A stretch of 21,671 nt of DNA from positions 1-21,671 of the forward strand of contig JBGSTX010000033.1 of assembly GCA_041736305.1 (NCBI GenBank), in the 5' to 3' direction. Numbering within the stretch: the first letter of the stretch is position 1; each line of letters opens with the position of its first letter. The translations under genes were made by a program, and so were the position numbers. This document shows positions 18,404 through 21,671 of this stretch, piece by piece. This DNA comes from Oligoflexus sp. GTDB taxonomy: Bacteria; Bdellovibrionota_B; Oligoflexia; Oligoflexales; Oligoflexaceae. The notes under the pieces are model-generated. The model did not search any database. It saw only the letters and a program-made list of their open reading frames with translations, and was not told the DNA's origin.

Positions 18404-18731
18404 GGCCTCGCCTACGGCGTCGGCCACCCATCAAGACTTAGTCGTTGCCGTTCACTTGGCCTTTGCCGTGCGCGTGATCTTGATCCTGTTCGATCAACTT
18501 TGCCCTTGCTTCGTGAAACTTAATCCGAGCAAACGGCTTATGGCAAAGGGGCTCGGCTAAGATCAGGATCACGCCTAAGGCAATGGCAATGGCAATGGCA
18601 ATGGCAATGGCAATGGCAATGGCAATGGCAACGTCTACGCCCACGGCAAAGTACAAATCGTGACAGCAGGGCCAGCATCCTTAAGTTTAGACAGTTTTCA
18701 GAAGGGGGTGGCTGACGCCGTAGGTGAGGCC
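18404..18731. repeat. Nested inverted-repeat element (REPIN/MITE-like or structured RNA) with 26-bp terminal inverted repeats
   Basis: GGCCTCGCCTACGGCGTCGGCCACCC (18404-18429) versus the reverse complement of 18706-18731, GGCCTCACCTACGGCGTCAGCCACCC (24/26). Internal complementary pairs: 18461-18475/18637-18651, 18472-18485/18561-18574, 18498-18504/18542-18548. Confidence 0.75.
18579..18631 (+). repeat. Hexanucleotide tandem repeat (GGCAAT) x8 plus partial copy
   Basis: Eight perfect GGCAAT copies (18579-18626) plus GGCAA. Confidence 0.97.
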
Positions 18732-18743
18732 GAAAATCAGCCT

Positions 18744-18780
18744 AAAAAAAGAAAACACCATCCCGAAAAGGATGGTGTTT
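18744..18780 (-). terminator. Rho-independent terminator of the histone-like gene (probably bidirectional)
   Basis: Perfect 11-bp stem AAACACCATCC (18753-18763) / GGATGGTGTTT (18770-18780). On the minus strand the loop is TTTTCG, followed by TCTTTTTTT. On the plus strand it is followed by GATTTTT. Confidence 0.85.
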
Positions 18781-18801
18781 GATTTTTGAGTAAAAAACTT
18801 C

Positions 18802-19071
18802 TTACATGCCGCTCAGGGAGGGGGAAGCAGCCTTGCTTTTGCGCGCTTTTTTGGTAGCACGCTTAGCGGTTTTCTTCTTCGCCTTCTTTACAGTCTTCTT
18901 TGCTGGCTTCTTAGCAACTTTCTTGGCTTTTTTAGCTGCCTTCTTCTTAGTTGCAGCTTTTTTGACAACTTTCTTGGCTTTCTTAGCAACTTTTTTCTTC
19001 GCAACTTTCTTGGCAGTCTTCTTAGTTGCGGTCTTCTTAGCTGCTGCTTTTTTAGTGGTCCGTGCCTTCAT
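18802..19071 (-). CDS. Lys/Ala-rich histone H1-like DNA-binding protein (89 aa)
   Basis: Almost entirely KKAA/KKTA/KKVA/KKPA repeats. Strong RBS AGGAGGA (minus, ~19082-19088) and its own terminator. Confidence 0.85.
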   Translation of the reverse strand: MKARTTKKAAAKKTATKKTAKKVAKKKVAKKAKKVVKKAATKKKAAKKAKKVAKKPAKKTVKKAKKKTAKRATKKARKSKAASPSLSGM

Positions 19072-19186
19072 AATTCTGAATTCCTCCTAGCAGTTCTGCG
19101 ATATGTAGGCCCCAACTCCGGGACCAACTGTACGGAAATCATCGATTCCCGTTTACCACTGTCGTCATGAGATCCTGCGTATTCTC

Positions 19187-19216
19187 ATCTTAGCACACTT
19201 GCTTTTTCTGTGAGAA
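19187..19216 (-). promoter_or_regulatory. Putative sigma70 extended -10 promoter of the H1-like gene
   Basis: Minus strand TTCTCA (19211-19216), 18-nt spacer ending in TGc, TAAGAT (19187-19192). Confidence 0.4.
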
Positions 19217-19252
19217 GGAACGCATTTTATTTGCCTACCCACAATGCTTCTT

Positions 19253-19279
19253 CTATCGGTGTCGAACTGCAGAACTAAA
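19253..19279 (-). promoter_or_regulatory. Putative sigma28 (FliA) promoter upstream of the H1-like gene
   Basis: Minus strand TTTA-gttctgcagttcgac (15 nt)-ACCGATAG, compared with the consensus TAAA-N15-GCCGATAA. Confidence 0.55.
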
Positions 19280-19310
19280 GAGCCTTTGTACAATCAGGCT
19301 CTATTTTTTT
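19279..19310 (+). terminator. Terminator-like hairpin
   Basis: AGAGCCT (19279-19285) / AGGCTCT (19296-19302) stem followed by ATTTTTTT on the + strand. Only a short T run follows on the - strand. Confidence 0.5.
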
Positions 19311-19473
19311 CGACCTCGCAGAGCTTTAGCCTTTATTACCTTTGAGGTTTCACTCACTTGCGGCCTGCACTTTTTCTTTCCGCGATGGGGGATTTTAGTC
19401 TGGATCGCACCTTTTTCAAATCTATTTATTTGCGAAGGCGAAAGAAGATAGATCCTCTCGCACCTTTTTACCC

Positions 19474-21636
19474 TCAGACCGTGTTCCGCGATCCCCCCGT
19501 TTGCTTGTTGGCGAAGATCTCTAGAGCGGCTCTGGCTTTTTCCGACATCAGAGGTCTCTGAGCCTTCGCTACCGGAGCTTCGGGCTTGGGTTCGACCGTA
19601 TGACAACGCGATAGTCCGAGCTTGAGTAGCATGTCGACTAGGACTTTGTCGTCAGAGAAAATCAAAGCGAACCCAGCATCGTCAGCTAATTCCACCTGCT
19701 GTAGGACTTGGAGACGCGCTTTGTTCCCTTGTGGAGCCTCTTTCCAGTGGTAGAAGGTGAGAGGTGCTTCCAGCGCTTCGGCAGCAAAAACCAGTTCATT
19801 TCTTAGCGGCTTACTGGATTCCTGGAAGATTTCCTCGAGCAGGAGGACCTCGCGACCGCTCTCGGCGATTTTCTCCCAGAGCTCCGGTTCCAGATTTTGC
19901 TGCGGCAGTCCCCAAGCCTCTAGTGCCTGACGCCATCGGTGTTGGAGCAGGTCGATATCCTGCCCGATCTTGGCCTTTATCTGTCGATAGGCTTCGAATT
20001 TGTTAGTGACCGCCTGCAGTTTAAGCAGCTGGCTCCGCTTCTTCTCCGCATACTGCAGCACGGACCTAGCTTCGGCGAGGACGGCAAGACTCTGATCGAG
20101 CTTGTCAGATTTCTGACTCCCTGTATGAGTTCGCCACTCTTCTATCAGCTGGGCCAGCGCCTGAAGCTCCTGCCGCTGCTCCCGGATCTCTTCCTGCATG
20201 CAAAGGCGACGGGCGTGGAGCAGGGCAAGCCGTCCGTGTTGGTTCATGAGCGTGACGAGTTCGCGGACCCCACATTCAGGAGCGAGATTCAGCTGCCGAC
20301 TGATGTTGAGCCATTGCTCCTTGGCTTTGACGCTCTCGACCTGAATTTTTTCGTAGCGCTGTTCAAGGTCCAGCAGTTTTTCGTCATGAGTGCCCTGGTT
20401 CTGCTCAAGTTCACTGTACAAGCGACCGAGCGAATGGAGGCACTGGTTCACAGCCGCCCGCGACAATTCCAGAGTATGCGGTCCTAGACCGCCGTCGCTC
20501 TTGCCCTTATCCGCATCAAAACCTAGCAGCTTATTGAGCTTGCCGGCGATATTATCGCGCTGCTTCTCCTGCTCCAGGGCGCCTGTGCGCACATGCTCGT
20601 CGAGCTCACGCAGACAGGTTTCCAACTCCTGGATGAGGTGGCGGTCGTATTGCAGAAAGCGACTGATGCTGGCGCGGTACTCCTCATATACCGGCTTGAG
20701 CTGCGTTTTTGCATCACTCAGAGTCTTACGCGCAGCTTTTTCGAGTTTGTCGCTCGCCAGATAGCGCGTCAGAACCTGGAGGACCTGGGACCACTCGACC
20801 GCTGGTTCCGGCGGGGGAAGGTCCTCGATCTTACATTTTTCGCGCAAGTCTTCAAGCTCAGTCTCGACCTCGCGGAGTCTCTCGAGCAGAGTTCGAGGAT
20901 TTTTCGCCGGGTCGAAGAGAGGCTCAGCAAGAGCGCTCAGTCGGTTGATGAGGACTACCTCCTTCTCAAGGCGCGCCGCGAGCTGCGTATCGATCTTGCT
21001 GAGTTGATCGAAGGTCTTATCGACCTCTCGACCTTGCAGCTGGAGGGCTAGGACCCTTCTGCTGAGGCCATCGCCGAAGACCAGAAGCTCTTTGAGCTGG
21101 GTGCGGCTGAGGGCATATTTGAGGCCGAGCTTCTGCATCAGCGCCTGCTGATTAGCTTCCTTGCGCTGCGCACCAGCTCGCTCCCAAGGCGAGCTTCGCA
21201 GCTGCTGGCCTGCGCTGGGACGCGCTTCTAGAGCCTGACCATCGAAGCTGAGGTCGTACTCAGCAAGACAGGAATGCACCGGAATACTTTCACTTGAAGA
21301 GCCAGTCGGCAGATAATCTTTGAAGAGTTCTTTCAGACAAACTTCAGGGCGAGCGTCAAAGAATTGACGTCCACGGAAGCAGCGAAACTGATCGCCTTGA
21401 CGTTCGAAAGCCCATGATTCACCGCTGTTGTCGGTGATCTGCACCAGCGCGGCTTTGATCTTCGCATCGCGTGAGCCGAAGAGGGCGAAGCGCAGTGCGA
21501 CGCGCAAGATCTGCTGCTCCGCCGCTGGAACCGCAAGCACACAAAGGTTTCTATGGGATCCTTGATCGCTCTTGAAGCGCCAGATTTTTACTTCAGTCGA
21601 ATCGCTCGGGACCGCTTTGATGCCGTCGATAAACAT
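19474..21636 (-). CDS. Long coiled-coil protein, YhaN/SbcC/Rad50-like architecture with degenerate ATPase motifs (720 aa)
   Basis: N-terminal head ending in 'LRFALFG', a long Q/E/L/K/R coiled coil, and a C-terminal 'PLTFYH...FALIFSDDKVLVDML' matching the layout of 'PLILDD...QVILFTCH..LVEL'. AGGA RBS at ~21644-21647. Confidence 0.6.
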   Translation of the reverse strand: MFIDGIKAVPSDSTEVKIWRFKSDQGSHRNLCVLAVPAAEQQILRVALRFALFGSRDAKIKAALVQITDNSGESWAFERQGDQFRCFRGRQFFDARPEVCLKELFKDYLPTGSSSESIPVHSCLAEYDLSFDGQALEARPSAGQQLRSSPWERAGAQRKEANQQALMQKLGLKYALSRTQLKELLVFGDGLSRRVLALQLQGREVDKTFDQLSKIDTQLAARLEKEVVLINRLSALAEPLFDPAKNPRTLLERLREVETELEDLREKCKIEDLPPPEPAVEWSQVLQVLTRYLASDKLEKAARKTLSDAKTQLKPVYEEYRASISRFLQYDRHLIQELETCLRELDEHVRTGALEQEKQRDNIAGKLNKLLGFDADKGKSDGGLGPHTLELSRAAVNQCLHSLGRLYSELEQNQGTHDEKLLDLEQRYEKIQVESVKAKEQWLNISRQLNLAPECGVRELVTLMNQHGRLALLHARRLCMQEEIREQRQELQALAQLIEEWRTHTGSQKSDKLDQSLAVLAEARSVLQYAEKKRSQLLKLQAVTNKFEAYRQIKAKIGQDIDLLQHRWRQALEAWGLPQQNLEPELWEKIAESGREVLLLEEIFQESSKPLRNELVFAAEALEAPLTFYHWKEAPQGNKARLQVLQQVELADDAGFALIFSDDKVLVDMLLKLGLSRCHTVEPKPEAPVAKAQRPLMSEKARAALEIFANKQTGGSRNTV

Positions 21637-21671
21637 AAAATATTCCTATGATGGGATCTCATCAAGGCCCC

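Noticed and set aside
18438-18656. 72-aa ORF with an (AI)n hydrophobic run
   Set aside because: Produced by the GGCAAT tract and hexamer periodicity. TTG start with no evident RBS. A small membrane peptide cannot be fully excluded.
18404-18731. CRISPR array or autonomous IS interpretation
   Set aside because: The repeats are inverted, not direct with unique spacers. No cas or transposase gene is present and no clear target-site duplication was seen.
18806-19090. 94-aa F/L/A-rich + strand ORF resembling a membrane protein
   Set aside because: Mirror of the Lys/Ala codons of the H1-like gene; the RBS supports the minus strand.
19301-19606. 101-aa basic - strand ORF
   Set aside because: Overlaps the 3' end of the 720-aa gene by 133 nt in another frame; no motif recognised.

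Overview
Bacterial chromosomal window of mostly housekeeping genes, with moderate GC. Gene content (DUF6178, very long PBP1A, FadN-type beta-oxidation enzyme, Lys/Ala-rich histone H1-like protein) suggests a Bdellovibrionota/Oligoflexia-like or related deltaproteobacterial genome; this is inference only. From left to right: the 3' end of a GGDEF gene (+). Then a minus-strand run of PBP1A, hemL, a degenerate MqnA-like protein, a membrane protein, DUF6178 and an acidic 147-aa protein. Then a plus-strand run of an HtrA-like protein lacking its catalytic His and Ser, a lipoprotein with an alginate-lyase-like domain, transketolase, fadN, fadA and a single-domain response regulator. Then a ~330-bp non-coding nested inverted-repeat element with a (GGCAAT)8 tract. 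Finally, on the minus strand, a histone H1-like gene preceded by a sigma28-like promoter, and a YhaN/SbcC-like coiled-coil protein with eroded ATPase motifs. No tRNA, rRNA, CRISPR array or transposase was recognised. The most interesting items are the 18404-18731 palindromic element, the HtrA pseudoprotease, the sigma28-like promoter of the H1-like gene and several other apparently degenerate enzyme folds. All family assignments come from motif recognition by eye, not database searches.
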